From Octopus vulgaris (lineage: Eukaryota): 64,000 nucleotides of DNA. The stretch spans positions 930,001 to 994,000 of the forward strand of contig OX597834.1 in the NCBI GenBank assembly GCA_951406725.2, in the 5' to 3' direction. A program made the position numbers and the translations under genes. The stretch's first letter is position 1. Every line of letters begins with the position of its first letter. This document shows positions 38,590 through 50,500 of this stretch, in pieces. The notes below the pieces were generated by a model. It saw only the letters and a program-made list of their open reading frames with translations, did no database searches and was not told where the DNA came from.

Positions 38590-39425
38590 AATGAACAAAC
38601 CATAGACACAGATAAAATGGCCCGCAACATATGTTACCACCAGGAGCTAAAAGCTGTCAGTGAGAAACTCCAACATCAGAAGAGAATAACCGAGAGAAAA
38701 ACGATAGGCAAAAAATTTAACTGGAACCGGGCAGCAGTATACAGACACATGAAAGGAGAAGCAGTGAATATCACAGAAGTTCCTTCACGAGAAGACGTAG
38801 ATTCCTTCTAGACGAAAATCTGGAGTGAAACGAAATGGCAAAAAACTACCGGCGGCCAATTGTATGCAAGAACTTAATGTATAAAATATATGCAGCATGT
38901 TTAAACCTCTTCCTCCAAGACCATTGTGAAAGCAATAACATCACCACAGCAGAAGAAGCAGAAGAAGGGAAGAAGGGAGTCTGGGGATGTGCTGAGCAAT
39001 TATTAATAAACAGAACTCTGATGTCAGAGGTACAGGAGCATAGAAGGAACCTAGCCTTTGACTCTGTTCCCTACCCATGGATACTGGAATCCCTTCAACT
39101 TGCTAAAACTCCATAGTCAAAGCTGACCTGACTTCATTGTGGGCCACCATTTTGAAATTAAGCACAAAGAATGATTGTATTATCACTGATAGAATACAGT
39201 ATCACAAAGGCATATTCCAAGGGGACAGCCTCTCTGTAATATGGTTTATACTTTCTGTAAACCCCTTGTCATTAATGTTAAGGAAGCCTGAAGGCTGTCT
39301 CACTGGTTCACAAGGAAACAGAAATACCAAAATTATACAGTTTCTTTGTGGATGACATGAAACTATACGTAAAGAATATGCATGGGATAAAAGTGTCTTG
39401 ACCTGGTTACAACATTCTCAAAGGA
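38590..39425 (+). mobile_element. R4/Dong-like LINE RT fragment
   Basis: KGVWGCAEQLLIN, AFDSVP and KGIFQGDSLS. Confidence 0.75.
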
Positions 39426-40199
39426 TAAATTAAATGTCGCTGACATTTTTAAGTTAATTCAATTTGTTATATTCCTTCAAATGTTTACACGACCTTTTGT
39501 ACTGATCCCAACTTCACTCCTCACATTTTTTTAATTTACCCTTCACATTGTTATATTTTAACTGTACAGCTTTTTTTCTGTATAAAAGGGAGTGTTTTCC
39601 ACGACTCAGTAAACTTTTCTATTCAATTGTATCAAATAAAGCTTTTGCAAATTGATTTTGTTATTGGTGTTCTCAGTTATTTGTTCTCTGTAATGTCCCT
39701 TACAACAACGAAAAGAAACTTTCATTGCAAAGTGAAAATGATACTAATATTTGTGAGTAGCAATTCTTTTATAATAAATTTGAGGTGGTCCACAGGTATA
39801 AATTACTTATTTTGGTGGTCCACAGTGAAAAAAGGTTGAGAACACCTACTTTAGAGTGTGCTTCTTTTTCAAATATATCTGATCTGGCAAAGTTTCTACA
39901 GCTGGATGAAATTTTTGCAGAAAATATATTAATGTAATATACTATTTAATATTTAATTAATAATCAATATAATTAATAGTATACTAATAGTATATTAGCT
40001 GAGAGCCATCTCTAAAACTAGCAGCTTTTTATAGAGTGAAACTCTGTAAACTTCCAGTTGATGTTAATGTTGTGTAGTTATTGTAAATTAAATGAGTAAA
40101 ACTTGTTTTGATATTTCCATCTAAATTATATTAAGAAATATAATTACCCAGTTATTTTCATTGTTTACTATCCTCTGCACCCGTGTATTTCTGTATACA

Positions 40200-41046
40200 T
40201 ATATAACCATGCCTAGAAGGAAAGTGTCAAATATGTCTACAATATGAAGGTCAATCAAAAGAATGTCTCTGTCCAAAAAGGGAAGCATACCAAGAAACAA
40301 ATAGACTGTGCACCACAAAAGCCAGAGCATTTCAAAGTGATGAAGAGAGGTCTGCACAGCTGACAAGGACTAGGATCTCCACTGCAGAATGAAGAATAAT
40401 TGCAACAGCTCAGCAAAGTAACTTCTACGAAGCAACTTTCCCATTATGATCCAGCAGTTCATTATGCCGATGACTCTAGAATTTCCAATGGTGCAGTGAC
40501 AACGGAGTGCATACATTGTAAAGCAAGGAAGTGGCCTGGAGAGACACCTGCACTGTGCTGCAGTGGTGGAAAGGTTCAACTCCCTGCAGTCCCCCAACCT
40601 CTGGAGCCATTGAAGAAACTATTGTCATCAACTGACCAAGATTCCAAAACAAAGTTAGACAATACAATGACATCGTTTGGAGCCACAAGAGATATAAGTG
40701 AGCCAGGATTCATGCAAACTTTCAAGGTCCAAGGTCAGATTTATCATCAAATTGGCTCTCGACTTTGTCAAATGAATCACCAAAATTTGGTCTTTCATTG
40801 TTGTACCTGTTTTTTTGGTTACAAAATAAGCTACACAAAACATGTTTTTGAATTGTGTGTATTTACTTTATATACACTTATGAATTGAAAACGTCCTTTT
40901 AACATTTCATTTAATGTCTATGTCCCATGTCAGCATGGGTTGGACACTTATTAATGTAGAAAGTTGGTATCTCAGCTGTGTAATCTAGACAGCGTTTTTA
41001 AATTTCATTTTCTTTAACCCAGGCAACGCCGGGTATTTCTGTTAGT
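40200..41046 (+). mobile_element. Internally deleted Helitron with Rep N-terminal remnant
   Basis: CIHCKARKWPGETPALCCSGGKVQLP and MTSFGA..TFKVQGQIYHQIGS. 3' hairpin cccaggcaacgccggg followed by TTAG. Confidence 0.8.
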
Positions 41047-41147
41047 CTATACATAGGAATAGATCTGTGCATACGTGGGCGGCTTTCTGTCTCCATCTTT
41101 ATTTTGTGTGTATATGTCTGTAGATATTATATACACGTATATATATA

Positions 41148-41487
41148 TGCTGCTTTAAATAAAGCATATTACTCTACCACTGGTATTTGAGTACTCTTTT
41201 TCCACCTTGTTTCACATTTATGTGTTTACTCCGGTATCATCATCATCATCATAAACGATGATGATGATACCGGAGTACACACATAAATGTGAAACAAAGT
41301 GGAAAAAAGAGTACTCAAATACCAGTGGTAGAGTAATATGCTTTATTTAAAGCAGCAGAAAATTCAACAAAATCTGTTACTCTGAGTTTCTCGTTGCCGT
41401 TCATCAGACAGTAAAAACTGTCTGATGAACGGCAACGAGAAACTCAGAGTAACAGATTTTGTTGAATTTTCTGCTGCTTTAAATAAA
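41148..41487. mobile_element. Double fold-back PLE pLTR-like element
   Basis: Hairpin 1 is 41148-41252 against 41257-41357. Hairpin 2 is ~41341-41410 against 41418-41487. Confidence 0.8.
41418..41455 (+). ncRNA. Type-I minimal hammerhead ribozyme, canonical C3:G8 core (inverted twin at 41373-41410)
   Basis: Stem I CTGT/ACAG; CTGATGA; short stem II (CG-GCAA-CG); GAA; stem III ACTC-A-GAGT; site GUA. Confidence 0.75.
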
Positions 41488-41488
41488 G

Positions 41489-41517
<29 letters not shown>

Positions 41518-41520
<3 letters not shown>

Positions 41521-41800
41521 CCGATGCCAGCACCGCTCCGACTGGCTTCTGTGCAGGTGGCACATAAAAAGCACCAACCGACTGTGGCCGATGCCAGACC
41601 CTCTGGCACCTGTGCAGGTGGCACGTAAAAAGCACCCACTACACTCGCGGAGTGGTTGGCGTTAGGAAGGGCATCCAGCTGTAGAAACACTGCCAGACCA
41701 GACTGGAGCCTGGGGCAGCCCCTGACTCCCCAGACCCCGGTCGAAACCGTCCAACCCGTGCTAGCGCGGAAAATGGGCGTTAAACGATGATGATGATGAT
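41518..41800 (+). mobile_element. RTE 3'-UTR-only copy
   Basis: ggaagggcatccagc...gttaaacgatgatgat tail; flanked by (TA)n. Confidence 0.85.
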
Positions 41801-41846
41801 ATATATATATATATATGTACAATATATATATATATATATATGTACA

Positions 41847-41883
<37 letters not shown>

Positions 41884-41884
41884 G

Positions 41885-41933
<49 letters not shown>

Positions 41934-41950
41934 TATATATATATATATAT

Positions 41951-43707
41951 AGGGTCCCCCGATCCCTTATCTGGTGGGCAATCAGGAAACTAGGGATAGA
42001 TGAATGGTTAGTGAGAGCTGTGCGGGCCATGTATAGGGACGCTGCTAGTAGGGTGAGGGTTGGAAACGAGTACAGTGAAGAATTCCGGGTAGAGGTAGGG
42101 GTCCACCAAGGCTCAGTACTCAGCCCCCTCCTATTTATCATAGTCCTCCAGGCAATAACGGAGGAATTCAAGACAGGATGCCCTTGGGAGCTCCTCTATG
42201 CTGATGACCTTGCTCTAATTGCTGAGTCGCTATCAGAACTGGAGGAGAAGTTTCAGGTGTGGAAACAAGGATTAGAATCGAAGGGCCTCAGAGTCAATCT
42301 AGCTAAAACCAAAGTCGTAATCAGTAGGAAGGTAGACAAATCACAAACGCCTTCAGGTAGATGGCCCTGCTCGATCTGTAGAAAAGGTGTAGGTAGAAAC
42401 TCTATAAGATGCACCAAGTGTAAGCTATGGACACATAAGAGGTGCAGCAATGTCAAAGGAAGGCTAACTAGGAAGATGGTTTTTGTATGTGGCAGATGCT
42501 CAGGAACAATAAACACTGAAAATGCTCTGAGACCAACTTCCGTCACTTTCCAGGGAGAAAAACTAGAAATAGTTGATAGTTTCCGTTACCTAGGTGACCA
42601 AGTCAGCAGCGGGGGCGGGTGTGCTGAAAGTGTAACTGCTAGAGTAAGAATAGCTTGGGCAAAGTTCAGAGAGCTCTTACCTCTGCTGGTGACAAAAGGC
42701 CTCTCGCACAGAGTGAAAGGCAGACTGTATGATGCGTGTGTACGAACAGCCATGCTACATGGCAGTGAATCATGGGCCGTGACTGCTGAGGATATGCGTA
42801 AGCTCGCAAGAAATGAAACCAGTATGTGTAATGTCAGTGTTCATAATCGACAGAGTGTAAGTACCTTGAGAGAAAAGCTGGACCTAAGAAGCATCAGTTG
42901 TGGTGTGCAAGAGAGACGATTGCGCTGGTATGGTCATGTGGCGAGAATGGATGAAGATAGTTGTGTGAAAAAGTGCCACACCCTAGCGGTTGAGGGAACC
43001 TGTGGAAGAGGCAGACCCAGGAAAACCTGGGACGAGGTGGTGAAGCACGACCTTCGAACTTTAGGTCTCACTGAGGAAATGACTAGAGACCGAGTCCTCT
43101 AGAAGTGTGCTGTGCGCGAGAAGACCCGGCAGGACAAGTGAGTCCATAACCCGTGGCCTTCTACTTAGGATGGAGCCAGCCTACGTATGCATACCTTCCC
43201 TTCTTGGGACACAAAACTCTACTTGTGAAGACCTGTTGAGGCAAGTGAGGATCAGAATCGAAATCGATCAATGGAAATTGCAGATGTGTTACCAGTGCCG
43301 GTGGCATGACGAAACTCTACTTGTGAAGACCCGTTGAGGCAAGTGAGGATCAGAATGGAAATTGCAGATGTGTTACCAGTGCCGGTGGCATGTAAGAGAA
43401 CCTTCCGTTTTGCGACCGTTGCCAGCATCGCCCCGTTTCGTGTCCGTTGCCAGCCTCGCCTGGCACATAAAAAGCACCATCCGTTCGTGGCCGTTTGCCA
43501 GCTCTGTCTGGCACCTGTGCGGTGGCACGTAAAAAGCACCCACTACACTCACGGAGTGGTTGGCGTTAGGAAGGGCATCCAGCCGTAGAAACACTGCCAG
43601 ATTTGACTGGGCCTGATGAAGCCTTCTGGCTTCACAGACCCCAGTAGAACCGTCCAACCCATGCTAGCATGGAAAACGGACGCTAAACGACGATGATGAT
43701 GATGATG
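41951..43707 (+). mobile_element. RTE-clade LINE, 5'-truncated, nearly intact ORF (copy 3)
   Basis: Open frame of ~380 aa with QGSVLSP, YADD, PHD-like finger, YLG and RGRPRKTW. The 3' UTR has a tandem duplication at ~43213-43390 and a (GAT)n tail; inserted in (TA)n. Confidence 0.95.
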
Positions 43708-43739
43708 ATATATATACATATATATATATATATATGTAT

Positions 43740-44728
43740 ATGAAAAAAGGTTTGAAAATGCAATTTAAGCGATGTTTATTTACTTAACCGGTTTCACTCT
43801 TTGGTAAAAGATTGTCAAAAGTAACATTGAATATTATGGGTTCAAAAAAAGTTTTTTACATAATTGTCACATTGAATATTATGAATTCAAAAATGTTTTT
43901 TTATACATAATTGTCACATTACATGTATAAATATAGTGTTTGGTAACAGAAATATGTTTGTATACTATATGTGTGTGTGTGTGTTGTTGTTGTTGTTGTG
44001 TGTGTGTATATATGTGTGTGACAAACAGACGCTGTCTGACCAGCAGGCACACGGACACATCTATTCACACCCGCATACTCACCTCCCAATAACCCCAAAA
44101 TCATTGATGCTTGAAGGGGAAGTATAAACCAAACTGGGTACACATCTTTTTTTCTCTCAATTCAACTTTTCTGCTAAAACAAACAGGTCAGTAAAAAACA
44201 AATTCTCGCCTTCAATTCAAGATATTCTGAGATGTCTAAAATATCCATTTTAATTTTCTCTGTCAATATTACAAGCTTTCTCACCAAACTATTACACTTC
44301 CTTATGTCTTTAACATGTCCTTTCTACCAAAGACTGTATATATATACATGTAATGTGACAATTTGCGACAACCAATAATTAACGCAACCAAATTTCCAAT
44401 AATATGTTTTATTCTTTTCTGCCAATTTTTCCAAATATTCTCATCACACTTTTGAACTTTTTTATGCCCTTAACATATCTCTGTTACCAAACACTATATT
44501 TATACATGTAATGTGACAATTATGTATAAAAAAACATTTTTGAATTCATAATATTCAATGTGACAATTATGTAAAAAACTTTTTTGAACCCATAATATTC
44601 AATGTTACTTTTGACAATCTTTTACCAAAGAGTGAAACCGGTTAAGTAAATAAACATCGTTTAAATTGCATTTTCAAACCTTTTTTCATATATAATCCCA
44701 CTCGTGCGATACCCCACAACTCAACTTT
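43740..44728 (+). mobile_element. Penelope-like pLTR with 5' inverted partial copy
   Basis: 43740-43958 is the reverse complement of ~44472-44690. 44020-44728 matches 33300-33817. Flanked by (TA)n. Confidence 0.85.
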
Positions 44729-44771
44729 TATATATATATATGTATATATATATATATGTATATATATATAT

Positions 44772-44947
<176 letters not shown>

Positions 44948-45039
44948 TAGGTATATATGCATGTAGGGGGAGTGCACATGTGTGCCTGCATGCAGTTTTT
45001 CAAGTTCATGCACATGTATAAATATAAATATATATATAA

Positions 45040-47048
45040 TTATTGGCCTATCTATTTTTATTTTACCAGAAAGCTTTTTTGAAAATGTTACGGAGAAAAC
45101 AAATATGCGCAACGTATAATTTCTATTCGTGGAAGAAACGATCCACTATGGCAGCCAATTTATACTGCGGAAATGAGAGCATTTTTCACAATCAATATTA
45201 TGTTTGGTGTTAAACAGCTTCCTCATCTGTGGAACTACTGGAGTCCAGATGTAAGGTATGGTGATCCATATATCTCAAGTATAATGTTGAAGACGAAGTA
45301 TTCCAAAATATCACAGTATTTGAATTTGATTCAGCAAAAACGACCCAAACTACGATCCCCTGTACTAAGTATGTCCTGTAATTGATTTACTCCTTAATAG
45401 TCATAAAACTGTGTATCTACCTGGGAAAAATCTCAGTGTAGATGAAGCCATGATAAGCTGTAAGGGTAGAGTACATTTTCAGCAGTACATGCCTGCCAAA
45501 CCTACTAAATGGGGGATCAAGGTATAAGAAGTTTGTGAATTAGACACTGGATATTGTGTAAACTTCTATGTTTACACAGGTAAAAAATGTAATGGAAACA
45601 GACCATATGGATTGGGATATGATATGGTATCGTCTCTTACTGAACCATTTCACCATCAGCACCAACACCTCTATTTTGACCTTTTTTTTTTTCCTTCAGT
45701 GGCTTTGGTAGAAAATCTTGCCCGTGTAAGTATTTACATGTGCAGCACTGTTATGGGCAACCGTAAAGGTTTACACTGTCAAATGAAAACAAAATTAAAA
45801 GAAAGAGGGGACATTTTACATATGCAAAAGGAAAATTTATTAGCTACTGTTTTCAAAGACAAAAGACAAGATTTTATTTGTGTCTACTAATGAACAACGT
45901 GGTGTTGGTGCTGAGGGGAAGCCCCTAGTTATAACAAATATATGGGTGGGGTTGATAAATCTGACCAATCTCAGACATATTACCCAGTTGGTCAACCTGG
46001 GAAGAAATGGTGGATGTACATTTTGTGGTTTTTAGTTAATTTAACTAGAGTTTATATATTGTATATGCAAAAAGCCACAAGATACCTCCACCATCAAAGG
46101 ACTGCGACCATTTGAAATTTTGGGTTGACATTGCATTTCAGTTACGTGAGGGATTTTCTTCAAGAAAGCACAGAACTGGGAGAAAAGCAAAATAACTGAG
46201 GTGGATGTCAACAGAGAAAATATTGACTTTCATAAAGGTGAAAAGAAATGGAAGAAAAAAAGTTTGCAGACTGCAAAAAAGAAAAACTGCCAAAAGGTGT
46301 CGGCTTGAGACTTCGTAGATGTGTTCCTTTTGCAAAGTGTCCTTGTGTAAAGGGTGCTTTGGGCAGTTTCATGACAGAAATATGTCATAACTGTATTATT
46401 TTATATATTCCTTTTTATTTTATTATAAATAATATGTGAAAGTGAGAAATACATATTAATTTTCAGTATGTTACACACCTGATTTCACCTTTGTCTCACC
46501 TGTTAATGAGCTTTTTTTTTATTAGATGCATTCTGTTATGTAAATGAATTCATTAAATTGTATAAGAGTACATAATGGTATATTGACTAGAAAAAGAGTT
46601 TTGTACTTTATTTTCAATGAAAATGTTTGAATCAAATATAGAGAAAGAATAAAATCTTGTACCAATTACACCTGTATTTTAATTAATTCAAATTAATGTA
46701 CCTCATCTTTAAAAATTTTAAATTGTTGGCAGTTGACATCTGGGATAATTCTAGTAACAAATCAAACAGGTAAGATGTATTAACAATATGAATTTTAGTG
46801 TTTATTCATAATGTTATTGTTTTTACATCTGTTGATTAAATTTACCTGCCCATAAAAGTCAAATTTAATCAGAAAGATCAGCTAAAATTACGAAACTATA
46901 AACCACTGGCATATAAGCACCCATTTACAAAGTTTCAAATCTGTATGTAGAAAATTAACAGTTACAAGCAAATATTGTGGACAGCCCACTTGAACCTGAA
47001 TAAATCTAAATTAATCTGAACAAATTAATCTGAACACTAAAGGATTAA
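45040..47048 (+). mobile_element. piggyBac-like transposon fossil, 5'-truncated
   Basis: LSVDEAMISCKGR..QYMPAKPTKWGIK, YMGGVDKSDQ, KKWW and a Cys-rich C-terminus, with stops and frameshifts. Right end cactaaagga|TTAA (47045-47048). Confidence 0.85.
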
Positions 47049-48093
47049 ATAGCAAGTTCAAATAATAGACAAGTAGCTGGGTGTAACAGTATAAGAGAGT
47101 GCTGTTCACCAAATAGTAAACATTTAACAAGAGCTTTTGTTTACAAAAGGAAGGTGAAATCTAAATTGTTAGTACAAGAAATGAAAAATCCTACAATGGT
47201 TTGAGTGAAAGCAGTTTTAAAAACTTCAGCAAAATACACAGCTGCTTCCGTTCAACTTGGGTAACTTCAAGCTTTGCACCATCTTCTTCCCGGTTCATTC
47301 TTTGGTGTTTCTCAATCACCCAATTCATGATCTTCATGCTCCCCGCTATGACAACAAGGATGAAGGGGTGGATCTAGAATGTAAAGGGATGTAACTAACT
47401 AGCACGAAATCATTTCTTCTGCTACATGACATGTAGTGTTTAGTTATGTCTCTTTACTAGTGACCTACTACTTTTAAAAATAGGTAAAACAAATACATTT
47501 GCTTTTCCTTTTTTGAGAGTCAATAAAATTAGTTAATGGACACAATGTAATCGATTCTAGACCCACCACGCAAAATGTGCAATCTTGTGACATCTGGTAT
47601 TCACAGCAACAAAGGAAACCAGTCGTGATATTTTTCCTTTTCTCTCTCTCTTCTCATCTTGAGTGGTTTTGGTACAGTTTATGGTTAAATGTGCTTGCTA
47701 TTACCAACACTTTACAGTGTAGAATGGGTACATTTTATTATGCAACTAACATTAGAGAGAATGTTTGTGAAAACCTCGAGAGTCTTCTCCACCTTGTATC
47801 AGTGATTTAATTTCTCTCCTAGACAAACTACATTTGTACTGACACTTGTAAAGTTTCTTCCATTTGTTCCTACTTCTTTTCTTTGAAATAAAAGTTTGAC
47901 GATCATGGCCAGAATATTTTTAATCATAGACTTGCTGAATCAAGACAAAACTGAAGCCAAACTACAACACCAAAGAAGATATAATTAGGTAATTAAGTCT
48001 GAATTAGAAAAAAGAAGGTAGTCATAGATGAAACATCATAGAATTGCTGGGTCAGGGTTAACCAAGTACTAAACAGCAAAAATAATTAAATAT

Positions 48094-48260
48094 TTAAATG
48101 GATTCTTCAATATTTCCAGTTTTTAACTTATTGATAACCTCACACAACATTTGGTTACACAGAGCAGCATATGGGTTCAACGCAATTAGCATCTGTTGCG
48201 CAAATGCACTTCCTCTGCTTGCAGCACTCTTAAAATCTTCAAGAGCTCCTTTATCATCAC
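48094..48260 (-). CDS. TTC36: TTC36 last coding exon: (G)DDKGALEDFKSAASRGSAFAQQMLIALNPYAALCNQMLCEVINKLKTGNIEESI*
   Basis: Hallmark LNPYAALCN.ML motif; acceptor ttttctag, phase 1. Confidence 0.93.
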
Positions 48261-48339
48261 CTAGAAAAAGTAAAAACAGATAAAGATGATGGTGATGATA
48301 ATAATAATAATAATAATGATAATGATGATGTATGTGGAA

Positions 48340-49100
48340 CAAAATCCTGGGCTTGGTTAAAAAAGGGGTAATTAAAAAAAGAAACAGAGAGACTAATTGT
48401 AGTAGCCTAAGATCAAGCGATCAAAACCAACAACTCGAGAAAAAATATATATGAAGAGAATGTGTCAGAAAAGTGTAGAGCCTGCAGAAGTTGGAACAAG
48501 GCAGTGGCACACAGTGGCAGAATGCCCCAAGTTGGCACAACCAGGTTGTAAATGTTTTACACTAGAAACTGTGCCATAAATGGGAATTTGAAGCCAAAAA
48601 TACATAGTACAATCATCAAGTCGAAAGAGTATTAGAATCGGAGAAATATAAGATTTTGTGGGGCTTTCCTATTCAAATGGACAAGAGGTTAGACAACAAT
48701 TATAGACAAAGAAAAGTGAAGTTGCTTACTGATCAACCCATCATGCCCACTTGATTCCAGGATTGTAAAGAAAAAGGATGAGATACAAAAAAACATACAA
48801 TCCCTTAAAATTTGAAATAGGAAGAATTTGGAGCATAAGAACGGTAAAGGTGGTGCCTATAATAATTGGTGCATTGGGAAGAGTAAGCAAAGATATAGAC
48901 ATATGGCTAAAGGAGATTGAAATAGAATGCTCAGTGGAGCCCCTACAGAAAGTTTATCTCTTAAGGACAGCAAGGATTATCAGGAGGGTTCTAAGCACTT
49001 GAAAAATAGCTAGAAACTTGTGGATACCTAAGGTTACACAGAGTAATCCGCTACCCACATAAATCCTACCTGGAATAAAACCGAACTGGATCCAAACCAA
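48340..49100 (+). mobile_element. R4/Dong-like LINE 3' end (zinc knuckle + RLE)
   Basis: KCRAC, KILWGFPIQ and KVVPIIIGALG..LRTARIIRRVL. Bounded by (TAA/TGA)n runs. Confidence 0.75.
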
Positions 49101-49119
49101 AATAATAATGATGATGATA

Positions 49120-50500
49120 AGAATGAAAGACAAAAGCAAGGGCAATATAGCTAGTAATTATAGACCAATCACTTGCTTACCATTAGACTGGAAGCCATTA
49201 ACAGGAATACTCTCAGAAAGCATTTATGAGCACCTTAACAACCAGAATTTGCAGCCAGAAGAATAGAAAGTTTAAAAGCAGGCTAGAGGAATTAATGGCC
49301 AAAACTTTAACAATGGCAAGAATAGTTAAGAAAGCCTATAACATGATTGCACACTCATGGATAAGTGAATGTTTGAGTATATTCAGTATTGCAGACAACA
49401 CAAGAAAATTGATTAGTTACAGCATGAAGATATCTACTCAGGTAACACAGCCTTAGTGAAAGTTAATATCAAGAGAGGAATTTTCTAAGGAGACTGGTTA
49501 TCCCTTTTGATATATGTGCTATGCTTAATCCTCCTCAGTTTACTATTAAGAAAGGCAAATGCAGAGTATTGGTTTTAAGATAGTAAAGGGAAAATTAACC
49601 ATTTGCTCTTCATGGATGATCTGAAGCTTTTTAAGTAAGAATAAAAAAAAGAGATAGATTACTTTATACAAACTGTAAGAATCTTCAGCAAAGATATAGG
49701 TATGGAAGTTGGCATAGATAAGTGTGCAATATTTGTCATAAAAAGGGGCAGGTAGTCAGCAGTGAAGGCATCCAATTATCTGACAAAGTACTAACTGCAG
49801 AAATGAAAATGAAATTGAGAAGGAGTCTATCAGAAGGATGAAGAAGCTAATGAAGTCAAAACCAAATGGTCTGAATCTAGTGAATGCTGTAGATTGGACA
49901 AAATCTGAATTAGCAAATCCAAACAGAAGAACTAGGAAGGAGTTCAATATGAATGGAAGACTTCAGCCAAGAGTAGGAGTAACAGGATTATACTTATCTA
50001 GAAAAGAAGGCGGAAGAGGGTTAATGTCATCAGAAGATTTCATTGAGTTAGCTAGAGTAGATATAGCTTCTTATGTAGGTAATAGTGAAGAAAGTTTATT
50101 CAGAGCTGCTAGAGTAACAGAAGGACATGGGGAAACCGAAAAGCCAAATCAGTAAATTATTTGACTGGCAAAAGAAGGCTTTGCATGGCAGATTCTCAAA
50201 GATAGTTGCAAGAAATAGTAATAATGAAACAGGTTGTGGTTGCAGACAGAGGGCTGAAAAGGGAGACAGAAACTTTGTTAGCAGCAGCACAAGATCAAGC
50301 ATTGAGAACTAAATGGATAAAAACCAGGTAGATTCCCAATGTAGGTTATGTAAATCAAAAGAGAAAAGTGTTAGTTATATAGTAATTGAATGTAGCAAGC
50401 TGGCACAGAAAGAATATAAAGACACAAAAGCTAGGGATTTGACCATACTGATAAATGATATGAACATGAACCCAGTAAAATGCTACAAAAGTAAGAAGAC
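49120..50500 (+). mobile_element. R4/Dong-like LINE RT fragment
   Basis: NYRPITCL, KRGIF.GD, HLLFMDDLK, LYLSRKEGGRGL and CRLC..C. Confidence 0.8.

Noticed and set aside
45040-46400. Domesticated PGBD gene
   Set aside because: Multiple stops and frameshifts plus a retained TTAA end indicate a fossil transposon.
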